A DNA stretch of 64,000 nt, taken from NCBI RefSeq assembly GCF_006345805.1, contig NW_021832993.1, positions 6,216-70,215 on the forward strand, written 5' to 3'. The position numbers and the translations under genes were made by a program. This DNA is from Octopus sinensis. Taxonomy: Eukaryota. Below are positions 1 through 12,620 of this stretch, piece by piece (position 1 is the stretch's first letter; the number at the start of each line of letters is the position of its first letter). The notes under the pieces are model-generated. The model worked only from the letters and a program-made list of their open reading frames with translations. It was not told the origin of the DNA and ran no database searches.

Positions 1-449
1 CTAAAATACCAGCTTAGACATGGTACCCAGTCTAGACACATTATACATTTATATTTCACAATACAGCTTGTACGCATGCCGTGAATGAAGGTTTTATTTA
101 AATTTGACATGTAACTGTTTCGCTTTGATAGCGTTTTTCTATTCACCAAAGCCAACCCGCCTCTACCTCTTGCGTTTCTCAAGTATATAAATCAGCTATA
201 CACCGTTTTTGCTTTTTATACTTTCGTTTTATACCCATATACAACCCTCATATTTTCTTTTAAAAGTGCTTTCCAAATAAGTGGCGAAATAACTAAGGTG
301 AAATCACATAGTTACTCTCCTTTTATTTTTTCCAAAAAAACAACACTTTAAAGGGAAGATCATACTGCCAACAAAAATACACGCACTGATTATGTTTCAT
401 TTCAGTTTTATTACCTCTGATCAGTTGATCAATTGAATAAGATTAATTT

Positions 450-574
450 GTCAAAGTCCTTTCGTCACAGCCTGTAACCTTATCAATGACTTCGTGTCCC
501 GCACGCACATCTTTCTCTTCAATACTTATGGTATGTTCACTGTTCGTCTCACAAGTGACGAAATGACTTTTGAC
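450..574. repeat. Small imperfect inverted repeat (MITE-like)
   Basis: gtcaaagtcctttcgtcac (450-468) is nearly the reverse complement of gtgacgaaatgacttttgac (555-574). Confidence 0.4.
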
Positions 575-611
575 TAATCGATAAATTGATTAATTATCTT
601 AATGAATATCT

Positions 612-793
612 TTTATCTTTTACTTTTTTCAGTCGTTGGATAGCAGCGACGCTGGGGCACCATCTTGAAGGGTTTTGTTTGAATAAATCGGTCCCAGTAC
701 TTATTTTTTTTAAAGCCTAGTACTTATTCTATCAATGTCTTTTGCCGAACTGGTAAGTTATGAGGATGTAAACAAACCAACATAAAGACGCGC

Positions 794-843
<50 letters not shown>

Positions 844-1020
844 CTATATCTTTGTGTTTGTCTCCTCCTGACAGCCGGTGATGGCTTGCACCGTAGCTCT
901 GGTTGATGGAAACTGAAAGAACGCCCGCATGCTCACACACACACATACGAGGGGCTTCTTTCAATTTCCGTCTACCAAATCCACTTATAGGACTTTGGTC
1001 GGCTATAGTAGAAGACACGT
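612..1020 (-). mobile_element. Degenerate tRNA-derived SINE (octopus-type family A), head missing
   Basis: Shares the core ccgtctaccaaatccact...ggctatagtagaagacac, an internal (TG)n tract and the 3' domain with the copies at 3.3 and 24.5 kb. Confidence 0.75.
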
Positions 1021-1553
1021 GTTCAATGTAATTGGAAAGCATTCTTCTTATCATACAATACGTTTGACTGGTAATAAAGCTGAAGTGAAACATAATCAGT
1101 GTGTGTGTGTGCTTTTGTTGGCACCATGGCCCTCTCAAAATACAACAATATCAAGGGCAAAACAATTGCAAAAAAAAAAAGGAAAAAAACACTTCAGCAT
1201 TTACATGAGCGAAGAAAATAGTGAACTAAGATAAAATCACATACATTGGCTTCTTCCATATTTTTTTTTTAAAGTAACATCTTGGCGTTTATAAAATTGA
1301 AGAGATAATGAAATAGCTTTTAAAAATTTAAGTGATAGTGATATAATCTTAACTAAACACACTGGTTAACAAAAATTTGATATTAAAGAAATAATATTAC
1401 TCATGTTTTAGAGCTAGGATAACTTATGGCCTATGGTCGCCACTTACAGCTTCATGTGTGTAATCTCCAAATTCAACTAATTTTACATTATGGAACAATA
1501 AATCCACGTAAAAACTACTTTTACGAAACTGAAAACGGTACGTTATACTCAAT

Positions 1554-2743
1554 GATCAACGAAATAAGTGTGAAAAAAAAAAAAAAAGATTGAACTATAA
1601 AATAGTGAAATTATTTCTATCACAACATATTTTCCATCATTCATATTTTTAAATACAAAAAATAAAATTTACTTAGAACTTGGGCCTAAGTCCGTCATGA
1701 ACCCTAGCTTAACCTAGTCCTAAGACGTATAAGTGATTGAGGTTACAACTTTGCCACGTGGACAGGACGCCAGTCCGTCACAAGGTTAGCTTCCTTGATA
1801 TTAATGAAACTCATCGCTGAATGACTGGAACAACGTGAAATGAGGGTGTTGCACTCACAATCGTGAGATCATAGTTTCGGTTCCCGTACGCGAAATTTTT
1901 TTCCCACGACAGTTCTGGACCCCAGTAATGAATTCATTTGCATACAGCCAATCAGAGCTCACCTATGTGTTACTGTGTACTACTACAGTACAGCCAGTCA
2001 GACATAGAATGGTGTATGTTTCTCTGTGAGTACGTCATGGCAGGTCTCACGCAAGCACCACATCCCACTCACTCCACTATCCTCATAGATCAATTGAGCG
2101 CCATCTCTGTATGGAGCTAGCATTAGGTGCCTATGTTCAGACTGAGATCAGTGGTACTGGTTGTACTCATTGATATATGCAACGCGGTATTGATTACGAT
2201 GTTTCCAGATCAGCACCAACATTTTAAATTAGAAATATACAAAATCAATCAAGAAATTAGGAAACTACACTCATTTGCATTTTCTAGTAAATTACGCAAA
2301 TTAGCAACAGTTATGGCATCATCAATCAGTGAGCAGTTCTCTATTCACTTATACACTAAATTTCACATTTGTCACCCCTACTGACCCGTTTGGAACAGTT
2401 GGGTTTTGCTATAACGCACATTTTCCACTGAACTCAACTAGAATATTTTCGTGACTAGGTGGACACTAGTTTGATAGTTGAGCTCTGATTGGCTGTATGC
2501 AAATGAGTTCATAACTGGGGTCCGGAACTCTCGTGAGAAAAAAAATCGGTTCCCGGACAAGGTGGTTCGTTGTTTTCTTGAAAATCCCTTGGCCTTATGA
2601 ATCCAAGTACTAATGACGGACTAAGATCCAAGTCCTAAGTAAATTTTATCTAGTTTTCAAAACCATCAAGTGGTGGGAGAGAAATATTTCACTATTTTAT
2701 TAAGATCCTTTTGTTTTTCTTTCTCACACTTATTTCGGTGATC
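1554..2743. mobile_element. Outer foldback/MITE-like element with ~140-150 bp imperfect inverted arms
   Basis: 1554-1700 (gatcaacgaaataagtgtga...aaaatttacttagaacttgggcctaagtccgtcat) matches the reverse complement of 2611-2743. Confidence 0.65.
1887..2546. mobile_element. MITE with ~75 bp TIRs and a 9-bp target duplication
   Basis: TIRs tttttcccacgacagttctggaccccag...gccaatcagagctc and its reverse complement; cggttcccg is duplicated at 1878-1886 and 2547-2555. Confidence 0.8.
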
Positions 2744-2975
2744 TTGGGGTATAATGTACTATTTTCAAGGACGGTCACGACTGGAACACCTTTGATCGTG
2801 ATTCTGATCAATCAATGATGACCTGGTGTTCAACATCACCACCAACAGCATTGTATGACAACCCGAGGCAATGAAGGTACGTCTGTATGATAGGACTGTG
2901 GTGTCGGAGCCGTTAAAAGTTTACCAACTTTTTGTGATATACGAATAACCCCTGTAATATTGTACGTTCAAATAA

Positions 2976-3192
2976 GGCGGCGACCTGGCAGAATCGTTAG
3001 CACGCCGGGCAAAATGCTTAACGGCATTCCGTCCTTCTTTACGATCTGAGTTCAAATTCCGCCAAGGTGGATTTTGCCTTTCATCCTTTTGAGGGTCGAA
3101 AATATGACAACAAACCAGGGAAATACTGGGGTCGATGTAATCGACTTACCCCTCCCACCGAAATTGCTGGCCTTGTGCTAAAATTTGAAACT
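2976..3192 (+). mobile_element. tRNA-derived SINE (family B)
   Basis: Head ggcgacctggcagaatcgttagcacgccgggc, B-box-like gagttcaaattcc and core gcctttcatcctt...ggggtcgatgtaatcgact; homologues at 8.0, 17.1-17.5 and 18.8 kb. Confidence 0.85.
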
Positions 3193-3315
3193 AACAATGT
3201 ACGTTCAAGTTTCAAGTCTCACTAATCATTATTTGAAAATTATCGAATCAGATTTAATTCCTCTTTGAAGTAGGAACTGGTAGAAGCAGTTCCGTTTCTA
3301 TGAACATGATGCTAT

Positions 3316-3712
3316 TCTTTTACTTGTTTCAGTCATTTGGCTGTGGCCATGCTGGAGCACTGCCTTTAGTCGAGCAAATCGACCCCAGGACTTATTCTTT
3401 GTAAGCCTAGTACTTATTCTATCGGTTCCTTTTTGCCGAACTGCTAAGTTACGGGGACGTAGTCACACCAGCATCGGTTGTCAAGTGATGTGTGTTTGTG
3501 GGGGGGGGGAGGACAAACACATACACAAATATATACAAACACACACACACACATATACATATATACGACGGGCTTCTTTCAGTTTCCGTCTACCAAATCC
3601 ACTCACAAGGCTTTGGTCGGCTCGAGGCTATAGTAGAAGACACTTGCCCAAGGTGCCACGCAGTGGGACTGAACCCGGAACCATGTGGTTGGTAAGCAAG
3701 CTACTTTACCAC
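3316..3712 (-). mobile_element. tRNA-derived SINE (family A), near full length
   Basis: On the minus strand: tRNA-like head with ggttcagtccc B-box, core, internal microsatellite and 3' domain ending gactgaaacaagtaaaaga. Confidence 0.9.
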
Positions 3713-3751
3713 CTAGTAAATTTTTGATTTAACGTTTTATTCTATACCTTT

Positions 3752-4107
3752 TAACATTTTACTTGTTTTGGTCTTTGGCTTGCGGCTATACTGAGGCACC
3801 GCTTTGAAAAATTTAATCAAATCGACCTCGATCCCTATTTTTAAAAAAATTGGTACTCATTCTAGCAGTTTTTTTTTGTTTTTGCCGAACCATTAAGACG
3901 TAAGAAACCGATTACTGGTTATCAAGTAGTGGTGGGAGGGAACAGACACAAACACAAAGACATAGATGCGACGCATTTCTACACAGTATCTATCAAAGGA
4001 ATTCAGCCCACAAGGCATCGGTCGCCCATGGCTTTGGAAAACACCCAGTATGCTGCATAGTGGAAATGAACCTGAAAGCACATATTTGGAAAGTGAGCGT
4101 CTTATCT

Positions 4108-4110
<3 letters not shown>
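3752..4110 (-). mobile_element. Old, diverged family A SINE
   Basis: Collinear but diverged match to the adjacent 3316-3712 copy. Confidence 0.65.
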
Positions 4111-4362
<252 letters not shown>

Positions 4363-5099
4363 CTAACACCCCCAGACACACACACACACACATACTATAC
4401 TTCTTTAATAAATATTTTTTTCCCAATATTTTACAATATAATTTTATATTTCATTTGATGTAAACTTTCTTTTTGCATTCCCTTCTATTTAACGATTTGT
4501 AAACAATCCTTTAACCCCAGAATGAAAAGGAATGTTATGTATCGAATTGAGTTTATTTCTTTCAAAATTGGTATATTTTTAAAGTTATTTTAGGAAACTC
4601 AGTCTTTTACTTGACTTTGATTTACTTTAAATTGTTTTGTAATGATACAGTAGAAATATGTCTGACATTCTTGTAGTAGTATTTTAATTTTTTTTTGTTT
4701 CTTTTAGCCTTTCATAAATAGAGCCTCGACGCTTTGTCTCATAATTTTCAGTGTATAACTTCTTTAATAAATAATATAGAGAAACACAAAACAAAGCCCA
4801 CACTGGCATAGCTAGAGCCTTTAAAACCAAACTTTATGCCAGTCATGAGCCGTATGACTCAAGGCTGGACGTTAACCTGGTTTCTATGCAAGACTAGTTT
4901 AAACCCACGGAGGCCCTAAGCACTTAAAAGATTTTGGTGTACCCATATGTAATTCAAAATATAAACAATAATAAACCATAAAAGAAATTTTCATTTTCCA
5001 AAATGAAACAAATCTAACAGTAAGATGGAAAATAATGTTTATTTTTGTATACTTCAAATTTATTTATATTTGAAAAGTTTTCTTCTACTTATTTTTTCA

Positions 5100-5280
5100 T
5101 TGGAAAGTCTTTGATCAAAGCCTGAAGAGTAATCTTACGTAACATATTTGCTTCTATACTTAATAGAGATAAGGCATCCAGCGTATCTTGTTGCGTACTT
5201 GTTCTGATGGCATTTTCCATGTACTTCAAATGAGAAAATGAACGCTCAGCTGAGCAAATTCGTGCCCATTAATGTTAAAA
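5100..5280 (-). pseudogene. hAT transposase C-terminal dimerisation domain remnant
   Basis: Minus-strand translation LTLMGTN/CSAERSFSHLKYMENAIRTSTQQDTLDALSLLSIEANMLRKI fits the hAT dimerisation motif (SAERSFSxLK..RST..Q.RL..L.LLSIE). Confidence 0.8.
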
Positions 5281-5809
5281 AATATACGAAAGAATGTCTA
5301 CATTTCGAAAGGCACACTCAGTAATGTTATTTTAAAAAGTCTGAAGTGATTTCTTCCTTACTGTAAAAAACATTTACCAATCCAACGCTGTTTTTATGTC
5401 GTATAAAATGGCTGGTATTTCAATATTCCCCCTTGGCCGTCCTGAACTGGACACCGCGCTAAATTCATTTGTAGCTGAGTGGATTGGAACAACGTGAAAT
5501 GTTTTTGCTCCATAATATATATCACTTGAGCCGCTTCTGGAATCGAAACCGCTATCTTACGATAACTTTACTTTCCCTGTGACTGTGTGTTTGTGTGTGT
5601 TTGAATGTGTATGCTATGATATAATACGTATATTTATAATAATAAGTTTATTACACACACATATATGTATACATGTATGTAAGAATGTGTATGTTTATAT
5701 GTATTTGTGTGCCTGTGTGTATATATATTATCGATCGTTTTAGGCAGGTAAATATTTAGAGAATACATTGATGAATAGGTATTTATATATATATTATATA
5801 TATATATAT

Positions 5810-5857
<48 letters not shown>

Positions 5858-5884
5858 ATATATATATATATATATATATAGCTG

Positions 5885-6096
5885 TAAGATATTTTCCCAA
5901 TTATATTCCTGTATGTTATATTTTAATAATTACTGGTATCTTTATATATTTTATATGTAAAGCATAATTTGTTATAATGTATGTATAATTCTTGTAATTG
6001 TCATTTTAGTAAATAAATAAATTGACATAATATAATGCTAAAAGTTGATGAACCACCTATTGATCCCCTCCATTTCTTACTGCTCTCTCCTCTCTC

Positions 6097-6100
<4 letters not shown>
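5885..6100. repeat. Unclassified AT-rich interspersed repeat (second copy at ~17765-17995)
   Basis: Both copies share ...tatgtaaagcata...aaataaattgacata...aaagttgatgaa..cacctattgatcccctccatt. Confidence 0.75.
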
Positions 6101-6151
<51 letters not shown>

Positions 6152-7257
6152 TATATATATATAATTATTAATATGTATGTATAAGGTGTAAATGTACTCT
6201 TGCAAAACTTCTTGGATTTTCTGCCATATGTTATAACGTTCGAGTTTAATAATCTGTTATTAAACGAGCTTTAACTTACAGTGGATATACATTTCTTTAT
6301 TTAAATGTGTATACGCGCGCGCACAGATATGCGTGTGTATGTGTCTATATACACACTAAGTAATGAAGAATAGTGTTACGAACGCAACATTGTCATTGTA
6401 AGATAGGTAGGTATTCCAGTGGTATTAATGTGTGTGTGTGTTAACTGATGTTAGCGAGTACGCATGGTGTACAGCTGTTCATCGTAAGTAAAAGAAACAG
6501 CTTGTAGTGGAGTGGTCTTTAAATCTGCTAGAAATAGAAACTCCCCCTCCCCCGCCGAAGCTTTCTCAGCTTGTCGTAAAAAATAAAGCGGAAACAAACA
6601 ACTGGAAAACCATAGGTCTGTCTGTCTACTCGTGGCTAGAATGATCATCAGAAAGGAAAGCATATAAATGTTTTGGTTTACGTGTGGGGGGATACGTTTT
6701 TTACATTCACCTGCACCAATAAGTGCCAGTCAGCGAGATTAAACAATAACGACAATCAAAACGAACAGAAAACGAGAGCTTCAACAATGATGAGAACAAC
6801 AAAAATAACGATAACAAGCAACAACGAGAACAACGTCTAAAAACGAGATCTACTACTACTACTACTACTACTACTACCACTACTACTATTACTACTACTG
6901 TTACTACAGCCACTGCTGCTAGTGATTGCAAAATATTCGCTTTATATTTCAGGCGAAGTTGATATGAAATCTGATAATTTGAGAAAGCAAGGCTGAATTC
7001 ATTATTTAAATTGTTGAAATTTAAAACACTTCTGGAAGAATATCGGAGACAAACTTCCCTTTCTTTTTCTCTCTCTGTTGATACACAAGCGCGCACACAC
7101 ACACACACATACACACACACACACAGATAGATGAAACAGATAGATATGTACATACGATTTTTATGTATACCCACGTATGTATTTATGTAGATACAGGTAT
7201 GTGTAGTTATAGAGATTTATACAGCTATATATGTCTTTAGATACTAGTTTCTATAAA

Positions 7258-7298
<41 letters not shown>

Positions 7299-7299
7299 T

Positions 7300-7445
7300 G
7301 TGTGTGTGTGGTAAGAAGCCTGCTTCCCAACAACATGCTCCCAAGTTCAGTGCCACTGTGTGGCACCTTGGGAAAGTGTCTTCTACTGTAGCCTCGGGCC
7401 GACCAAAGCCTTGTGAACAGATTTGGTAGACGGAAAATGAAAGAT
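7300..7445 (+). mobile_element. Family A SINE head and core fragment
   Basis: gtgtggtaagaagc...caagttcagtgccactgtgtggcaccttggg...ggtagacggaaa. Confidence 0.85.
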
Positions 7446-7487
7446 GTCCGTGGTTGGGAAGCTAGTTTCTTACCACCCAACCACGCT

Positions 7488-7529
<42 letters not shown>

Positions 7530-7574
7530 TACATACATACATACATACATACATACATACATACACACACATAA

Positions 7575-7607
<33 letters not shown>

Positions 7608-7666
7608 CACGCACACACACATATATATATATAAATAATATAGGCGATCTTTCTGGAAGGATGGCC

Positions 7667-7701
<35 letters not shown>

Positions 7702-7974
7702 AATATATATATATATATGTATGTATAATATATATAATGTATGTATGTATAATATATATATATATGTATGTATAATATATATATGTATGTATGTATAATA
7801 TATAATATGTATGTAGTATAATATATATATATATATATGTATGTATAATATATATATATATATATATATGTATAATATATATATATATGTATGTATAATA
7901 TATATATATATTATTAATATATATAATAGGTATGTCTATATATATATATATTAATATTATATATATAGTATATA

Positions 7975-8190
7975 GGGCGGCGAGCTGGCAGAATCTTTAG
8001 TATGCCGGGCGAAATGCCTAGCGGTATATTCGTCTGCCGTTTAATTTTGAGTTCAAATTCCGCCGAAGTCGACTTTGCCTTTCATGTTCTCGGGGTTTAT
8101 CAAATAAGTACCAGTTATGCTCTGGGGTAGATGTAATCGACTTAATCCTTTTGTCCTCGTTTGTTCCCCTTATGTTTAGCCCACTGTGGG
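7975..8190 (+). mobile_element. Family B SINE
   Basis: ggcgagctggcagaat...gagttcaaattccgccgaagtcgactttgcctttcat. Confidence 0.85.
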
Positions 8191-8673
8191 CTATAAAGTA
8201 ATATAATATATATCATATATATATATTAATATTGTATATAATATATGTGTATGTATGTATATATATATATTATATATATATAATATATGTATAATATATA
8301 TGAGTATTCCCTCTGATTGAAAGGGGACTGGAGCAACATGAAATGGAGTGTTTTGCTCAACAACCACCTGACCTGCGAATCGAACCTACGATGTATAGCA
8401 ATCATGTGTGCAACTGCCTATCATTAGACCAAGCACATTCACACAAACACAGACAGAGATAAATAATTGAAAATAAGCATCAATTACATTAAAAAAAAAA
8501 TCTTTTCATAAAAGCAGATTAGCATCGATGTGGTGGTCAACCAGGTCTATGTTAAAGCATTAAAGAATTTTTGCAACAATTTTTTTTTGCTTATAATTAA
8601 ATCTAAATTGCATATGCTATTTTAAATATTGTGTCTGCATTAAGAAAAATTTTAAATACATGTGTGTGCATTG

Positions 8674-8710
<37 letters not shown>

Positions 8711-8725
8711 TTAATATATGTATAT

Positions 8726-9070
8726 CACATGGTTCCGGGTTCAGTCCCACTGCGTAGCACCTTGGGCAAGTTTCTTCTACTATAGCTTCGGGCCGACCAA
8801 AGCCTTGTGAATGGATTTTGTAGACGGAAACTGAAAGAAGCCCGTCGTATATATATATGTGTGTGTGTGTGTTTGTGTGTCTGTCCTCCCACCATTGCTT
8901 GACAAGCGATGCTTGTGTGTTTACGTCCACGTAACCCAGCGGTTCGGCATAAGAGACCGATAGAATAAGTACTAGGCTTACAAAGAACAAATCCTGGATT
9001 CAGTTTGTTCGACGAAAGGCGGTGCTCCAGCATGGCTGCAGTCAAATGACTGAAACAAATAAAAAGAATA
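8726..9070 (+). mobile_element. Family A SINE, head partly lost
   Basis: cacatggttccgggttcagtccc through gactgaaacaaataaaaaga. Confidence 0.9.
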
Positions 9071-9834
9071 AAAGAAATATATATATATAAACAAGACAAA
9101 AAGTGGAGCAAGAACGTAACAGGCGACAACAAAACATCCGGACAGTTAGACGATATGCAAAGAAGGACAGGAAAAAACAAGGACAGGTCATTTGGAGCTT
9201 TCTATCGTTAGTCGAGTTCTAGATCTTCCCTGCAGTTTCGGCCGGTTACACTTGAGACTGCTCAAATCTGGCCGGCTCCAAGAAAATCTAAGATTCTTTG
9301 GAAGTAAGCAAGCGGTGTGTGTATATATGTATTAATGTTTATATCATATGTATATCATATAGATATATGTTAATGCAAACAAACATAAACATATATGCAA
9401 AAAACACACGCACGTGGTTTTCGTGTACAAAAAAAAAACGTTAGTATTATAGCTGGGCGTATCCTCCATTTTGACCGACCGAATTTCTGTTACGAAAAGA
9501 GAGATCTATCATTAATTAACCTGACTCATATTCGCGTGAAGCACAAAATTTAAATGAATATTAGATAATGATTTTGTTCTTATGGTGTCATAACAGGCAT
9601 AGGTTTTGAAACTACGTAATCTCGGTTCAGTCCCACTGCACGACACCTTGGGCAAGTGTTTTTTACTGAAGCCCCGCCTGACCAATATCTTGTGCGTGAA
9701 TACGGTAGTCGCTGCGAAAAACCTTGCACACGCGCGCGTTCTATTTCAAAATTTCTTACCAATAGAGAAAGAGCCGGTTTCTAACCTAGCTCCAAGGTTC
9801 CTTCATTGGAATTTCAACATCAACAACAGGGTAT

Positions 9835-10529
9835 TTATGTATGTATGTGTATATATGTGCAGTATTTGGCGTCAGTACATGTGCAGATGTGTATGGTTTT
9901 ATGTACGTATTCTCACTTCCATGTCTAGACATGTGCATATATATTTAAATGATACACTTCTGGAAAGTTTTACAAATATTTACAGTTCCAGTGATGGATT
10001 AGATCTGTAGTCTTCGAATGAGCTTTCTCTTTTCTGGTTTTTTGAAGCCTAATTTCTCAAGATTGGTATTTAGGCAGTGTGTTACATGTCTCAGTACCCA
10101 ATAATTACAGGTATAAACCTGAACTTGTAATCTGGGTAGAGTAACTGTAGATTTTCAATAGTTCAACGTAGGTATTTTCTCTTTCACTGACCTTTCGCCT
10201 TATGCTACCATCCGCTTGGCAGCTGACTTCCACAACTGTACACAATTTCTCTTCTCTTTTCTATGTCACCATGTCAGGTCAATCGCGTTTACATTCTATT
10301 GAGGTTTTCACTGGGATATTCCACCAGTACTGTTCCTTCTTATTACGAGTTGCTTTGGCTTCTACCATACCGTGCGTTCTTATTTCTTTGGCCTCAGAGT
10401 TATTCTTCCGAGGGATTTCATTATACAGTGTCTTGGCCACATCATGTCTTAGATAATATCGCGATCACATTTTTGAGCAACTGCTTATGATATGGGTGAT
10501 ATCTTCGGTATTTACTCTACTAAATCCAC

Positions 10530-10530
<1 letters not shown>
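9835..10530 (-). mobile_element. 5'-truncated R4/Dong-like RLE non-LTR retrotransposon, copy A
   Basis: Minus strand gives [10 protein letters not shown] (CCHC part), RHDV, a degenerate RPD..VEVSC restriction-like endonuclease and the C-terminal ITGTVNICKTF; ends in catacatacata. Confidence 0.8.
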
Positions 10531-10560
<30 letters not shown>

Positions 10561-10721
10561 TGTATGTATGTATGTATGTATGTATGTATGTATGTATGTA
10601 TGTGTATGAGTGTATGTGTGTGTGTATGCATGTATGTATGCATGCATGCATGTATGTATGTATGTGTATGAGTGTATGTGTGCGTGTATGTATGTATGTA
10701 TGTATGTATGTATGTATGTAT

Positions 10722-11995
10722 GTGTGTTCTCTTTCTCTTTTTAATTTAAAGTAAATTTTGATCAACCACCTACTTTGTAGCAAAGTTGTGAAGGAAAATA
10801 TCTTGTTTTAGCCATCATCCTTTAAATTTTAAGAAAGTCCTGCAGATTTTTATAGTCCCAGATATCGTGATCATTTATAGTATTTTAATTAAGGATTTAC
10901 ATTATCTCCCCAAGATCCGAAATCCTGCCATACTTTGCTCCAGACGGCTTTCCTTACGCTGTAATTATACCCTATGTGTGTGTGTGTGGTGTGTGTGTGT
11001 TGTATGTATGTATGTATGTATGTATGTATGTATGTATGTATGTATGTACGTACGTACGTATGTCTGTGTGTATCCTCTTGATCCAATAGTAATAGGTATG
11101 AAACTGAAAGTGTATCTTGAGTGAATTTGCAAACTTCTTATCAGTGGTTCATAAATGTTTTCCTTCTCTTGTAAATTTCTAACCACGTTCGTGTTCAGAA
11201 GGCAGCTGATTTCCACATCAGAACATAACTTTTCTTTGTGGTGGTCCCACACAACGAAACCTGGACGGTTGTATTTTAACATCTGGCTTGTGTTAATTTT
11301 TAATGTTCCACCAATATTCTTTTCATCCGTCGATTCAAGATGGTCAACTTCGTTTATAGGTATTTTCTTTTTTTATCATCCTGTTCCAGATCGTCCCGGC
11401 CACTACATCATGCCTCATGGTAAGATAATATCTGGAAGATATTCTCTCACAGTTGGCCATAATGTGGTTGATGTCTTCGGCCTTGGTCTTGCACACTCTT
11501 ATATTTGTTGTCTGTCAGCGTTTTCTACTTTTTATGCTTTAAACACTTGGTGGGGATCTATTGTTCTTGGATTGCATGGATGTATCCTTCAAAGTAGGAT
11601 GCCATAAACATGTCGGTACTCCACACCAAGCTTTTGACATGATCAACCCTTTCCAAGGTTTGTGTTTTACGCGCCAAGTACACTGTACTACTTATCTAGT
11701 GAACTGAGTTTTTTTCTTTCTACTGTTTCTTTTTTGTTACGTGTTCTGATAAATAGATTTTTATCAATGCTCTTTGAGGAGGGATCTTATTTCATACCTC
11801 TCCTAAAGTTCATTTGCTGGCCTAATTATGTTGTTGGTTTCACGGTCACAAACTCGGGCAAGATAGTTACTGGTCTCTTTCCTCTGTTGCAGATGTTGTC
11901 TCAGTGTCACGATACGTGGTTCAATACAGACTTGAGACCATGACCGCCTTCCTTGCGTGGGAAGTATAACCTGTCGATATATAGGTTCATGAGTG
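10722..11995 (-). mobile_element. 5'-truncated R4/Dong-like RLE non-LTR retrotransposon, copy B
   Basis: RLYFPRKEGGHGL (RT thumb), CKTKAEDINHIMANC..RHDVVA, NRPG..VEISC..EKENIYEPL..IPITIGSRG and TISGTIKICRTFLKF*; interrupted by a microsatellite at ~10975-11070. Confidence 0.85.
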
Positions 11996-12232
11996 TATGT
12001 ATGTATGTATGTATGTATGTATGTATGTATGTATGTATGTATGTATGTATGTATGTATGTAGTTTTGTTTGTATGTATGTATGGACGTACGTACGTATGT
12101 ATGCATACATGCATGCACACATGCACACGCGCAAATGAGCTCAGAGAAATAATTTAGAGTGCCAAAGCACATAAATTTTGTTACCATGGACAAATAAAGC
12201 TATAATGAATACTGTACAGAAAACAAATATTA

Positions 12233-12441
12233 TTCTGTTGAGTCTGGGGAGAGTAATTTTCTTTTTGTGCATTATAATTTAACACACTCACCGGTAAAAT
12301 TTCCACTTATTTTTTATTGTATTAAAAATTTCCACATATTTCTTATTTTATTAGAAATAAGAAATAAGTGGAAATTTTACCGGTGCGTGTGTTAAATTAT
12401 AAGGCATAAAAAGAAAATGACTCTCCCCAGACACAACAGAA
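12233..12441. mobile_element. Palindromic MITE with TA target duplication (Tc1/mariner-type)
   Basis: ~85 bp arms ttctgttgagtctggggagagt...caccggtaaaatttccacttat and their reverse complement; TA at 12231-32 and 12442-43. Confidence 0.85.
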
Positions 12442-12620
12442 TATGCTTCAACATACGAACTCACATAAAGAATTTTGCAAACCAAATCCAAAAACGAAAA
12501 TCAAGTATTAGTTATATTGAAATTATTCTCGTTTCGAGAGACGGGCAACAAATGACAAATGCTGGCAAGCGTGATCGATCCGAATGTGAAGCAGGAGATA
12601 ATCTCGCGATTCAAAAAATC

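Noticed and set aside
2976-3070. tRNA genes at SINE heads
   Set aside because: They have A/B-box-like motifs but no complete cloverleaf, and each continues into a SINE body.
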